Positions 27,830 through 39,553 of a stretch of 64,000 nt of DNA are shown here, piece by piece. The first letter of the stretch is position 1, and every line of letters starts with the position of its first letter. The position numbers and the translations under genes are program-made. The notes under the pieces are model-generated. The model ran no database searches and was not told where the DNA came from. It saw only the letters and a program-made list of their open reading frames with translations. The stretch comes from Marsupella aquatica (taxonomy: Eukaryota; Plantae; Marchantiophyta), in assembly GCA_973895155.1 (NCBI GenBank), contig OZ316896.1, forward strand, positions 17,348,754 through 17,412,753, read 5' to 3'.

Positions 27830-28160
27830 ATCATTTAGGGTTTAAGGCGTGGGATTGAATCAACGGCGGATCGATGGCGAACACCAAGTATGAGCTGCAG
27901 GATTGTCTCCTTGCGTCTACCTCTTAGGGTTTAAGGCGTGGGATTGAATCAAACGCGGATCGATGGCGAACAACAAGTAATGTATGGGATCCAGGATTTC
28001 CTCCCTGCACCTACCAGTCAGGGTTTAAGGCGTGGCATTGAATCAAAGGTTGATCGATGGTGAACAAGAAGTATGAGATGCAGGATTCCATGCCTGCATC
28101 TACCATTTAGAGTTTAAAGCGTGGGATTGCGGATCGATGGCGAATAGCAAGTACGAGTAC
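27830..28160 (+). repeat. Four ~80-94-bp tandem units, each with a telo-box-like motif and a copy of the Thg1 start region; three copies form uORFs
   Basis: (t/c)ag(g/a)gtttaa(g/a)gcgtgg(g/c)attg...gatcgATGG(c/t)GAA with ATGs at 27874, 27963, 28057 and 28137. Confidence 0.92.
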
Positions 28161-28997
28161 GTGAAGGGATTTGAGCAGAGCGATGTGCTGTTACCGCACA
28201 CCTGGATTGTGATACGAATCGATGGCCGTGGTTTCACACGTTTTGCACAGGTGCACGACTTTGAGAAGCCGAATGACCAGCAGGCTCTTCACCTCATGAA
28301 CGAATGCGCCAAAGCTGTGCTGGAGGACGTTCCTGACGTTGTTTTCGGGTACGGAGTGAGCGACGAGTTCAGTTTTGTGTTGCGGAAAACCACCACTCTA
28401 TATCAGCGACGTTCAAGCAAGTTGGTCTCGGTCATAGTCTCGCTCTTTGCTGCAACTTATGTCATGAAATGGGCACAATTCTTCCCACAGAAGGAGCTGC
28501 GGTATGCACCATCGTTTGATGGAAGAGCTGTTTGCTATCCTTCCGATTCCATCCTTCGAGATTACCTTGCTTGGCGGCAAGTAGATTGTCATATTAACAA
28601 TCAATACAATACTTGCTACTGGAACCTGGTCAAGTCCGGGAGCAGTGCAGCTGAAGCTCAGGCAGAGATTAAGGGTACATTTGCAGACTTCAAGAATGAG
28701 CTATTGCATACCCGGTTTCAGATAAATTACAACGAACTCCCGGCTATGTTCAGGAAAGGGTCTCTGGTCCTCAAACGAAGGGAGGAGTCTGTGGTGAAAG
28801 TCGACAACGGCGTACCTATCACAAGGGCACGATCAAATGTGGTGGTGGTCCATGAGGACATGATCAAAGACGCTTTCTGGAATGAGAACCCCTTCATCTT
28901 GAATGTTGGGACTTCGAAGAAAGTGAAACCAACACCACTTAAGGAAAGAGATGGTAGCCAAATCCCTCCAAACTTTGGTAGAAATGTTGAGACATGA
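28137..28997 (+). CDS. THG1: tRNA-His guanylyltransferase (Thg1), single domain, intronless CDS, 286 aa
   Basis: MANSKYEYVK.FE; RIDGRGF..F...H.FEKPND; SDEFSF (metal-binding D/E); PSFDGRAVCYP; DYLAWRQVDCHINNQYNT; KNELL...F.INYN.LP.MFRKGS. Confidence 0.96.
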   Translation: MANSKYEYVKGFEQSDVLLPHTWIVIRIDGRGFTRFAQVHDFEKPNDQQALHLMNECAKAVLEDVPDVVFGYGVSDEFSFVLRKTTTLYQRRSSKLVSVIVSLFAATYVMKWAQFFPQKELRYAPSFDGRAVCYPSDSILRDYLAWRQVDCHINNQYNTCYWNLVKSGSSAAEAQAEIKGTFADFKNELLHTRFQINYNELPAMFRKGSLVLKRREESVVKVDNGVPITRARSNVVVVHEDMIKDAFWNENPFILNVGTSKKVKPTPLKERDGSQIPPNFGRNVET

Positions 28998-29629
28998 AAA
29001 AGTACGAGCAAGCCAAACGGAATTTTGTATCTTTCATGCATACGCCTGCAGGTAATCAATTCTCTGCCCAAGTAAAAAGTAAGTTTTTTCCCGTACTTGA
29101 GGATTAGCTGACACTCTCCCTGTTTAACGTATGATTTTACAGTTAAATCATACGCAAAGTGAGTGGTAACAAAGTGGGAGTCTATTCTGTGTGCGTCTGA
29201 CTATGGTTTTCGATTGCTTTATTTAACAAATAATTCTTTCCCGGCCATCCTAGCATCTGCGCTCAGTCAAAAGCAGGTCCAATACCTTTAGAGCTCAGTC
29301 CTTCGTAGACCCATGACCTGATTTGCAGTTTTAGTGAGCTTTGGTCCTGTGGCAGAATCCCTCGGTTGAGATTCCAGAGATTGCTGAAACTCGTTTAAAG
29401 AATTGGTGAGCCCTACTATGTTGTTTTCATCGTTTTTTCCAGGCCCTGTATGGACGGGTCCACTTGATCAGTTGGTCTCTCTCCGGACTGGCTGCGTAGA
29501 ATAATTTGCACGATGTATTTGCAGCAAAGCCATTCAAGGTCTTAAACAAATTGGAAGGTATGCATGCTAGTTGTCACTACATGCGATATACTCATCTCAA
29601 TTGTTTCTTGATTTTGGTTTAGGATTTTG

Positions 29630-30280
29630 TAGTCAACTGAAGGCTATCAAGGCAGGCGCCAAGCAAGACAAAGCATCCCCATTATTTGGCTATGTTTAAC
29701 AAGGTTTGCATCGTACTCTCTGAAAATGAATCGTTCCACCTACTATCGAGAAATAATGTTTCGGCCGCGAGATTTGGTGGCAATTGTTGGTAGCTTTGTC
29801 TCCAGGGAGAGTCCTTGGGCGCGTTTAGGGTTTACGGTTTAGGGTGAGCTGAGAATGACCAGCAGGCTCTCCATGTAAATTCACCGCCGGTGTCAGGTTC
29901 TTGTCCTTCCAACTGCATAGTTGCGTTTGATCGCTGAGATTCGCCAGTTTAACAGGCTAATGACTATCAACTCGTACTGAACTTGAGGAAATGAAGTGAA
30001 TCAATCACTTGCGAAGTTCATGGCAAACTCGCTGTCTGAAATAAGAGTCTTGTGTTGCAGGTCAAAGGCAGAAAGTGTTGGCCTTAACGTCATCGACCGA
30101 AGTTCATGGCAAACTCGCTGTCTGAAATAAGAGTCTTGTGTTGCAGGTCAAAGGCAGAAAGTGTTGGCCTTAACGTCATCGACCGGAAGAAGTCTAGTTT
30201 GGAGCTTTCTCAAGGACAATTCGTTGCAGTCGAGAACTTGCAAAATATTTATGGCTTGTGTAATGTAGTGGCAACGGTAT
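29630..30280 (+). pseudogene. Long-chain acyl-CoA synthetase (LACS) exon fragments
   Basis: QLKAIKAGAKQDKASPLF..(frameshift)..FNK|gt at ~29632-29703 and VIDRKKSSLELSQGQFVAVENLQNIYG at ~30175-30260, resembling the LACS motif [26 protein letters not shown]. Most of the gene is missing. Confidence 0.7.
30013..30185. repeat. Near-perfect 86-bp tandem duplication spanning an acceptor site of the LACS fragment
   Basis: gaagttcatggcaaactcgctgtctg...cgtcatcgaccg starts at 30013 and 30099. Confidence 0.9.
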
Positions 30281-30816
30281 GTTTTAGGATTTGTAAACCT
30301 TTTTTAGGATGCATTGGGCCACTCAATGCAGGTGATGAAAAGACCGTAGTGGTTCTCTATGATCATGACAAAAACCTCTATCACTGAATGTGTCCGTTGT
30401 CGTTGCTGTGGGAAGATCTCCTAAATCAAAGCCCTTTGAAATTAAAGTTAGAACTCTTGGTCATGAACTCTTGAGAGCATTGCAAAGTCCTCTGTTGTGG
30501 GGAGATCTTCTAAATCACAGCGTCGTGAAACTAAAGTAACAAGTTCTGGCCACGATTCAAAGCATTTTAAAGTTTTTTCCCATCAAGGAAGAAAAACAGG
30601 CAGATAGTCTCAGAACTCTGCCCTGGTGGTCAGAATTGAAGTGTTTCAGATAAGGCTTTTACTTTACTCTTTGCCACGACAGGACTCGAGGAGCAGGAGT
30701 GTTCGACTGACGGTGTACGAGCTTCCTTGCCTTTATTCCAATGGCATCATCATTCTCGTCCATTCTCCAAACGGGTTCGCATGGCATCTCGTCTGTCGGC
30801 CACCTCTTGCTCTCAG

Positions 30817-31027
30817 GCCCAAATCTTGGCCACGTTGCCTCCCATTTCCTTTCCTTCTAAGCTACACTGGAGGTGTCAAACACTCCCTGCTGATGAAGCT
30901 TGTGCGAAGGGGCAAAATGCCCAAATCTTGGCCACGTTGCCTCCCATTTCCTTTCCTTCTAAGGTACACTAGAGGTCTGAAGCATCCCCTGCTGATGAAG
31001 CTTGAGCGAAGGGGCAAAATGCCCAAA
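30817..31027. repeat. 102-bp tandem duplication
   Basis: cccaaatcttggccacgttgcctcccatttcctttccttctaag at ~30818 and ~30920. Confidence 0.9.
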
Positions 31028-33984
31028 GTGCTCCAGCTCGCCCACAAAGTGGTGCCCAACCTTTGTCAAGTCTAAAATTTTCAACGAACTGAAACACATG
31101 GCTGGCGCCTTCGCATGTCCCTGATCCTGTCGCTGCCATTGTTGTTCACCACTGAGTCTTTCCAAAATGTGCCCAATGTTCCCTGGCTTGTATTCTTAGT
31201 AGTGAGCATCAAAGTTTTGACAATTTGATGGACCTTAACTCCCCTACGTAATGGGTTACTGTTGGGTTACTGTTTACAGACACACACAAAGTTACGGACT
31301 ATGAAATTCATAGTCCATAACTTTTTGTCAGATGAAATTCAAAGTCCATAATTGTTTATAGTCCATAACTTTTTATTGTAAGGATTGGTTGTATGCTATT
31401 AATGTGAGTCACTCTATAGGGTAGTGAAAGGAAAAATAAGAAAAAAAAAGACCATTTCTTAAGGGCTGAGTGTCATATCCGTAATTTCAAAGCTAAGCTG
31501 TGGAATGTCCTTGTAGAGCAGACCACGGGCAGCAGCCAAATCCTGCTGCCATACTGTGCAGACCACCCTCCTGGAGTGCCGCACATGAACTCCCTGCACC
31601 CATTCCAAATCTCACATGGATGACAAAAACAGGGCCAGCAGGGGACATTTGAGACCCCTTTGTAGTTGTGTAGCCATTGGTACCAGAAAGGGGATTCTGT
31701 CTGTAGAGGGCCATGTTTTTTTTTTAAGGTGGGGCCATGGAGAGGGGTGACGAGTCAGGAGTAGGGAAACCCATCCCTGGGCGTGTCAAAATTGGGGTCA
31801 CACGTGTGGCCTTACGTCTCTTCTGGACTAACCTGAAACCCCTTTTCTGATGCTGTCCCATTTTATTTCGTCAAACGCTGAAATCAGCAGCCCCATAAAA
31901 AAAAGGGTGATTGGTCTGCTTATAAAAAGTAAAGACTGGTCTTACGTTTCTTTTGGAGCCCCACTTGAAAGTACCCCTGGTGGGTCTCCCCTTTTCTGAG
32001 GCTACCCCATTTTATTTAGTAAAGGCTCAAATAAGCAATCCCCAAAAGGGACGTTGGTTTGCTCATAAAAGTAAACATTTGGATCTGCACCATTAGATCC
32101 ACCCATCGAACCTGCCTTCCATATTGGGCCCATGCTTGCGTAGATCCACTCATACACCACCTCCTATCTCACCTGCCTGCCCTATTGGGCCCACGCTTGC
32201 ATCCAAATAAAAATGCTCCCTGAAAAGAGCATACTCATAACTACATTGACCAAAATGACAATATCTTGACAACATCTGCTATCCAATGAAAATGATGAGA
32301 TTTTGGCACCCACTAACATTACTGCACATACGAACACAGTCAGAATAATAACATTGATTTGTTTCACTTGCACTTCTTTGTTTCACCTTGAAATTTTGTT
32401 GAGAGTATGGTCAGATGTTGTTGCACCAACTGCTGCTTGGCAACATGGTTACAACAACATTCTCACCTGAAAGGTGAAAGGTGTGATTCTTTGTCTCACC
32501 TTGACATTTTTGTGCCACAACAATATGACAGCAATGGCCACATGACTACAATGACAACATGGTCACAACAAGAATAGTGCAACACAAGGCGTTGGGCTAG
32601 TCTTTACTGTGATTTGCAATCTATGTCTAGTACTGCCCTTTACTTACTTTATAGAGCAAAGCAGGCTTTACAAGAATGAGAACACAAAAAATAGAGATCA
32701 GTTGTGGTTCATTTTGTTTGGATGTCTCGTGACCAAAGAAGGTGGTCCAGTAGTGTATTTGATAGTGTACTATCATAATGAGAAGAGAACAAGAGTTCCT
32801 TCCAAAATACAACCTTGAGTTCTATTGTTTGGGTACATTGGGGACAAAACTTGGGGTGATGCCTCCTCGACATGGGTTACCCTACACTTTACAGCTCTTT
32901 ATAGCTGCTTGACTTTGCTAGAAGGGAATTTTTTGCCACTTTTTCCTTGCAATCTTTTCCCAAAAAGGCTGAATGAAGGCCAGTTGTTTCTGGTCATTTG
33001 GTCCTTTTGAGTTGTCTTCAACATGTAAGTGGCTGCTGGCCACCAAGTGCCAGTGTGACTGTTTTCCTTGCTTTGTGCCCCCCATAGGATGGCGGGTTTC
33101 TTTGGCTGTTTTATGTAGGGGACCTTTTTGGTGATCAATTCTTGCTGCCTCCAAGTCAAACAAGCTTCAGTTGGAGCTTCAGCCAAAGAGGTTGGAGGTT
33201 CACAATTGACTTTTGCACTATCTGTCCCCTCCACAATGCCTCTGTCACGTTAAGGTTAACCAGGGGGTTAGCGTAAACCTTACTCTGGTAGGCTCTCACT
33301 ACAGATGCAGGAATGGTCACTTTACCGCCCAAAACACTACAGGGGCCAAAAATGGAGCCCCAATGTAATCTCAGTCCCAGCCTTGACCACTGCATTTCAG
33401 CTACTAGGAAAAGGGCCTGCCAGGCAGGTTTTGAGATGCCCAAAATGTTTCCTGGCGGCTGGTGCTCTTGGTTCCCCTAATAATATTCACAAGGATTTAA
33501 ACAGTTTAAATAGTTACCCTACACTTACCCAAAACTTATTGCCCTTTGTGGTTTTTCCCTTGTATTTTATAGGGCATGCCGGGAGCATAATGCCCTGGTC
33601 AAGATTTGGATACTCTTTAGTAAGATCGTACTTTACTTTTACTACAGTTAGATGAAAAAAAACTCTCTCAGACCTTCAGGTGTACTAAGGTGAGTACATT
33701 AAGGACAAAAATAGCCCCTCAAAACTTGACTCGAGCTCTTGTTTTGGGGGACATTATATTCAAAAGTAACTTTTAACTACTTTGTCACTGAAGCTGTTCC
33801 AATTGGCGATATTCTCACATTTGTTATGTATAAATATGCCATGTTTTCATATATAAATGACAAGTTCATCAACTTAACCGGAATAATCATAAATGACACT
33901 GGTGACATATTTGTAAGTACAATAAAAAATTGACAATATTGTAAATTAGAACATCCCCTCCCCTGCAATACAACCAAAATAAGC

Positions 33985-34330
33985 ATACTATGATGCCCCT
34001 TTAATTGGAACATTAGTGGCAATGTAATTAAGCTGCATTCCAAGATGCCCTGTTTAATTTGAACATTAGTGTCAATGTAACTAGAAGCTGTATTCCACTA
34101 TGCCCTGTTTAATTTGAACACTAGTGGTACTGTAATCAAAAGGTTTATTACACCATGCCCTGTTTAATTTGAGCATGAGTGCCAATGTAATTAAAAGCTG
34201 TATTCCACTATGCCCTGTCTAATTCGGGCATTAGTGTCAATGTAACTAAAAGCTGTATTCCAGGATGCCCTATTTAATTCGGACATTAGTGTCAATGTAA
34301 CTAAAAGCTGTATTCCATAATGCTCCTCTA
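33985..34330. repeat. ~55-bp tandem array (~6 copies) upstream of the TPR gene
   Basis: atgccctgtttaatt(t/c)g(a/g)acattagtgtcaatgtaactaaaagctgtattcca repeated. Confidence 0.9.
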
Positions 34331-34659
34331 ATGGAGTACTTTACTGTACACAAAATGAGAAAAAAAATCCAAAGTGGCCCCCACACTAAGAAAAGTAGAA
34401 AACTCCCCGATTCTGTTGTACGGTCATAACACCACCAGATTTCATGTCACTTCAACACCACTCTCTTTGCGCAATTCTCTCTCTCGCTCGTGCTCTCGAG
34501 CTTTCCGTTATCATCTATCTACTTTAGTTGGTCGGGATTTCGCCGGCTCTTCACTCATTTTAGTATTCACGCTCGTTCCTGAGCTCCTCCTCTGTCGGAT
34601 TGCGCCCTCTCTTGCTGCCTTTGTGTGGATGTCACTCTGTTTGACCGCTTTTTCTCGCA

Positions 34660-34672
34660 TGCTCTCTCTCTC

Positions 34673-34704
<32 letters not shown>
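34660..34704. repeat. (CT)n microsatellite in the TPR gene 5' leader
   Basis: ctctctctctctctgtctgtctctctctctctctctctctctc. Confidence 0.9.
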
Positions 34705-35040
34705 GGTTGCGCCGTGTTGTTGTGTAGCGGATGATCGCTTGACTGGCCTTCTTCGATGCTCCGGGGGCGAATTGAAGCACGACATTGCAGGAGAAGTGCG
34801 GAAAGAGCGGCAGGATTTGTTGCTGTGGGTGATGTGATTGCGAAACCCTCCGTCTGGGATTAGTTTTTGTGGATTCGTTGGAAGTGTTTGGGGTTCATGA
34901 GCCCGAAAGATGGTCTGTAGGGTTCGCTGGACTGAGGCGGAGGTTTGATTCTGGTTTTGGAGTGCCTGAGAGGGAGCTTTGTCTAGCTTACTCTGAAATT
35001 TGCGGTGCTGTTTTGCTCGCACGGACTGATTGAGAGAGAG

Positions 35041-37838
35041 ATGGCGACTGCACTCTGTAGAACGTGTGTTGTGACGGCCTCGTCGTCGTCGTATCAGCAC
35101 CCCTGCACATCGTCGAATTCTGTCATCTGTGGCGCTGCTCCGTGTCTGAGGACCAACCTTGCTTCAATTGCAACGGACCCATTTGGTGGGGCTGCACTTT
35201 CCTCGTGCAACAGAGGGAGGGTTTCTCGGAGCAGGAAATCGAGGGTCAGAGCGGAGCCGCAGCAGATCGTCCTGCCTAATGTGGACATCCAGATCGAATC
35301 GGATTCGTACTTTCGGGAGGAGATGGATGATTCCGAGCTCTTATCAGGGATAATTGTTCCAAACGTGGATGCCCAACGGGCAGAGGTAGCTCTGTCAGAA
35401 GTGGAAGACACCTTAGATGACGCAGTGGACGAGTTGGACACGTATGCTGAACGTGACGAGGTGAGATTTTCCGTTCGTTTTGTGTTTTGGTACTCGTTTT
35501 CACTGACCAAACTTTCGATGAGATTTGCTACTTGAGACAAGCATTTTGAATGGGTTTGCGAATTTTCAACTTCCGAACGCTTGATTTCGTGGGGTCACGT
35601 CATGCCCGGACGAGAACGAGTGGCGGAACAAGGGATTTACGTTGGAGCAGAACTTTTTTAAAACGAGACGAATTGCTCACTCTAACGCTGATCTTTCAAT
35701 CAAACTCTCGAGTTGTATCCTTAAGCTTCTAAATGCCGGAATTCGTCTCTACTCGAAGTCACGGAGTGGAAGTGGCTAGGGGCATGAAGTACTTAATTTG
35801 AAGAGCTATGATTCCACGGGAGCGAGGATTTATAGGGGTCAAGAGACATGCTTTCAAATAAGCGAAAAAGTAACCATTTGAATGAAGCTTCAGGTCATAA
35901 TTTCAGCAGAGTAGTAATCGGAAGCTCTTAATCGAGTCACAGTTGTTGACGTATGCTACCCAGGCATGCCCTTGGGAGGGTCAAAGAGGGAAATCTGCAG
36001 TGTGCAACCTATGTTTCTGCGTTAGTTTAGCTCGATGAGATATCTGGATTATGGGCCGAGCAACGTTTAGATGAAAGCATAGATGGTGGGTCTTAATTTT
36101 CTCGCGTGTGTTGGTCTACAGGATAAGCCGGACTTTTGGTTGGAGGAATTTCAGAAGCATCTGCCTGGAGAAGTAAAAGGAGGTCGAGAGAGCTGGCGGC
36201 AAGTTTCGGAATACTCAGGCTTGCCTCGGTACACTTCAAGGAGGCGCGTCTTGGGAGCTCCCATGTTCATGTCTATGCTACTTGCGTTTGAATGGTCTGT
36301 GCCTGCCAAATCAGCACATGCTCTTGTTCCTGCTGAGATCGATTTGACCAAAGTACCAAAAAGCGAGCAGTTTGATGCCGCTGATTCGCGTCTCAGGGAT
36401 GCCGTGTCAACGTTCAGGCAGGCTTTAGATGCTTCAACGGTCAGCGTCTAATGCCTCGCTCAAGCTTCTCTTTTTAAGTTTCTCTTGAGGGCGACAGTGG
36501 CACGGGGCTGCCTCCTCCCTTTCTACTTCGAAGTTCTGGACTGCAGGACCATTCGCGCTTGGTAGCTTAGTTTCATACTAGTCTGTGATCCCTAGGTAGG
36601 TGGAAAATTTAGACGCCTTCAGCTTGTTACGACTCGGAGTGATTTCCTCCACCCCAAGATTTAGTAGTTTATGGAGTTGTTCAGTTCCTGTGCTGACAAA
36701 GTTCTTTTCGGTAGAGCTTGAACTCCACAGGATTGCACTGTTTATAATACTGTTTCAATAATAAAGATTTGATCGTGTTTCACGAGTTCGTGGAATGGAG
36801 TGAGCGTTCGTTGGAATGGGCGTTACTAACATTTATTCTTCCCATCCCATCCATTCTGTTTGGCTTAGGTTGAAGAGGAAGAGAGACTGTGGACACAAGT
36901 CATTAATAAGTATGGGAAACTAGATGCAGAGTGGGTTCCAGACATTGTTGCAAGAGCACTTGGAAACAGAGGCAATGCTCGAAGTCGACAGGTAAAACTA
37001 CCCTCTAATTTAATTCTGAAAGTTTGAGTATCAAACTGAGAATTCGCTGTGTTCGAGTTGTACCTGGTAGAGTTTGGAGGTGGAGAATGATTCTGAAAGC
37101 CCACTTCTGCAATGTTTTGTCGACTTTGCAGGGACAATTGGAGCTGGCACTAGGAGATTACAATCGATCTATTGAACTGGCACCGTAAGTTAACTTATAG
37201 GTAGTTTCTGGGGATGTCGATTCATGGGAACACTCTAGCATAGTTCTAAGTTAATCGGCATTGACTTCATTAAGCAATGACACATTCTCAGTTTCTAATG
37301 GCTGGTTTATCTTGTGAAGGACAGATATGCTGTGGATCCTGTACTAAATAGGGGTGTAGCACTCGAGAGCTTGGGAAGACTTGAAGAGGCATCAGCGGAC
37401 TATGAAGCAGTTCTACGTGTTCAACCAGAAGATCCGGCTGCATGGAATAACCTTGGCAATGTCAAGGCAGCACTTAGCCAATGGAATGAAGCTTTGGTCA
37501 ATTATTCAAGGGCGGTGCAACTAGCTCCAAAGTTCTCCTTCGCAGCTGCAAATTATGCGCTCGCACTCTACCAAGTTGGAAGGGACAACGAAGCAGTGAG
37601 GCAGTTTCGTAATCTTTTGAGGAGATATCCAGAGTTCGAAGATGTGAGAGCAGCCTTAGCAGTTTCCTTGTATGAGCAAGGACTATATGGGGAAGCAGAA
37701 AGCAACTGGGACCGCCTTGAGGATGCGAGGTATGCAAACAGGGAGTGGGTCCGGAATACACGTCGGTGGCCTCCCCGACTTGCAAGTGCTCTGGAAAACT
37801 TTCTGGACGTGAAACGACCAGAGATTAGACTTTACTAG
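35041..37838 (+). CDS. Plastid-targeted TPR protein of cyanobacterial type; exons 35041-35460, 36122-36439, 36869-36991, 37132-37184, 37325-37838; ~475 aa
   Basis: Ser/Arg-rich transit-peptide-like N-terminus. TPR motifs ALGNRGNARSRQGQLELALGDYNRSIELAP, LNRGVALESLGRLEEASADY, AAWNNLGNV and AAANYALALYQVG. C-terminal W...RRWPP motif. All introns are GT-AG and in frame. Confidence 0.88.
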
Positions 37839-39553
37839 GGAATTTCGCTCCGACTGTTTGTTGCATGCAACCGCCATGTTGGCAAAGCTTCGGAGCTACT
37901 GGATCTTTCATCAGCAAGCTCAGGTCGGCCAAGCAATTTAAGTCTTTCATGTTCGCTGCCATGTTGGTTAAGCATCATCCAGCATGTTTACCAAGTCGGC
38001 CGAGCAGCTGGGATGAATGGATAGAATCGTCATCCCCACGTTGCGGCGTCAAGCATGATTCAGGATCTTCCCTCATGATTCCAGAGATCAATGATGCAAG
38101 TCTTATTCTCATGTCGACTGTGCTTCACTTATCATTGTATACTACTTTCAGCATACATTCCAAGGAACAATGACCCCTTGTCTAGGAATTTAGAAGAATA
38201 TGCGACCTGTGGAGGCCATTACAGTTGAAATATGTCTCATGGCCGGTTAGAGCAGATGGCAGGACTCCCATTTGTAATATTGAAGCCCAGATTTGGACAG
38301 TTTTTTCGGAGTCATTCTTACAAAGAAAGTTGGAAAGGGCACTTCGTCGGAGATGATTAGCTGAAAGAGGCCGAACGAGAGACATTGATGCTGTATGAAG
38401 TAATAGTGCCACAAGTTACAGAGTGTTTTTCGTTAAGGTTTTCCTTGTAGATTATACTTTTCCTCGCATACATTTTCTCAGTCGTGTTCACTCACTATTG
38501 CTTATCGAGTTAAGATGAATGGAGCAAGACTTAAACATTAGTGTGGTTGGCGGCTCTCAAGATTATGTCCCTGTTTGTACCCTAATAAGAAGTTATCTGG
38601 CTGCCAATAGTTCACTGTGCCTCGGTTTTTCTCCTGCATTAATTTCCATTCTTGCAGTCGATGGAGGATTCGGGTTTGAATTGTGTGAAGGGCTAGATTT
38701 TCCGCCTTCTATCAACTTCTATGAAATGGCTTGATCAGATTGGCACCTCTGGCCGCAAAAGACCTTAGTGAGTAAAACAGATGACTGACTCTAGCTTGAG
38801 AAATTGGATCTGGCTATTGGTGACTGAATTCATTTGGTCTTAATCCACGGGTAGGGCCTTTCGTCCACTGAAGCAAGTTTTTTAAACTACGTATAGTCCT
38901 CGACCTGGGAGAAACAACAATATCACATCGAGAGTTTTCTCATGAAAGAATTCTCCAAAAGAGAGAGGCCTCAGAATTTGAACAGTGCTTTATATGTTTT
39001 GTTACAAAGAGACCCATTGCATGGCACACTTGCATGACCCGTTGCCATGGCACATCTGTGACCAAAGTGCATAATATTAAGGAAGTTGCAAAAATCCTTC
39101 GTCAGAAGTACTAATCGTATCATGGAGCCGCCCAACTTGGTGGCAAGACTAGATCTGCTACAGTGTTTTCCTTCCCTGATCACGATTTCCGTCAAATACT
39201 TCCCGATTCGGCAGAACTCCCTTTTTTCCCCACGGCCATGAACCACAACTAATTGCATCATCGAATACCAACCGCCCTCGTTAATTTGACGCCCCTTCTC
39301 AGAATCTCACTAGCAAAAAGTACCTGCAGTCGGTGTCCCCACCGGGAATTGCTAATCTTGAACAAAAATGCCAACAGTGCAGTTCCAGTTGCTCTCCACG
39401 TGTAGAACTCCTACATGTCTTACCAAGGAGCTTACTGGGACGAAAACATGCGCCCACCCATCCCAAGGTGCTCGGCCATTCGAAAGGGTCAAGAACCTGT
39501 GATAATCTTGACATATGACTCAGTCCTTTGAAATTTCTTGACAGAAACTGAGG

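Noticed and set aside
30626-31075. 149-aa ORF with internal repeat
   Set aside because: Explained by the 102-bp DNA duplication; non-ATG start and no known motif.
31291-31321. 31-bp palindrome gttacggactatgaaattcatagtccataac
   Set aside because: Short and part of a local atagtccataac repeat; most likely a TE subterminal remnant with no assignable function.
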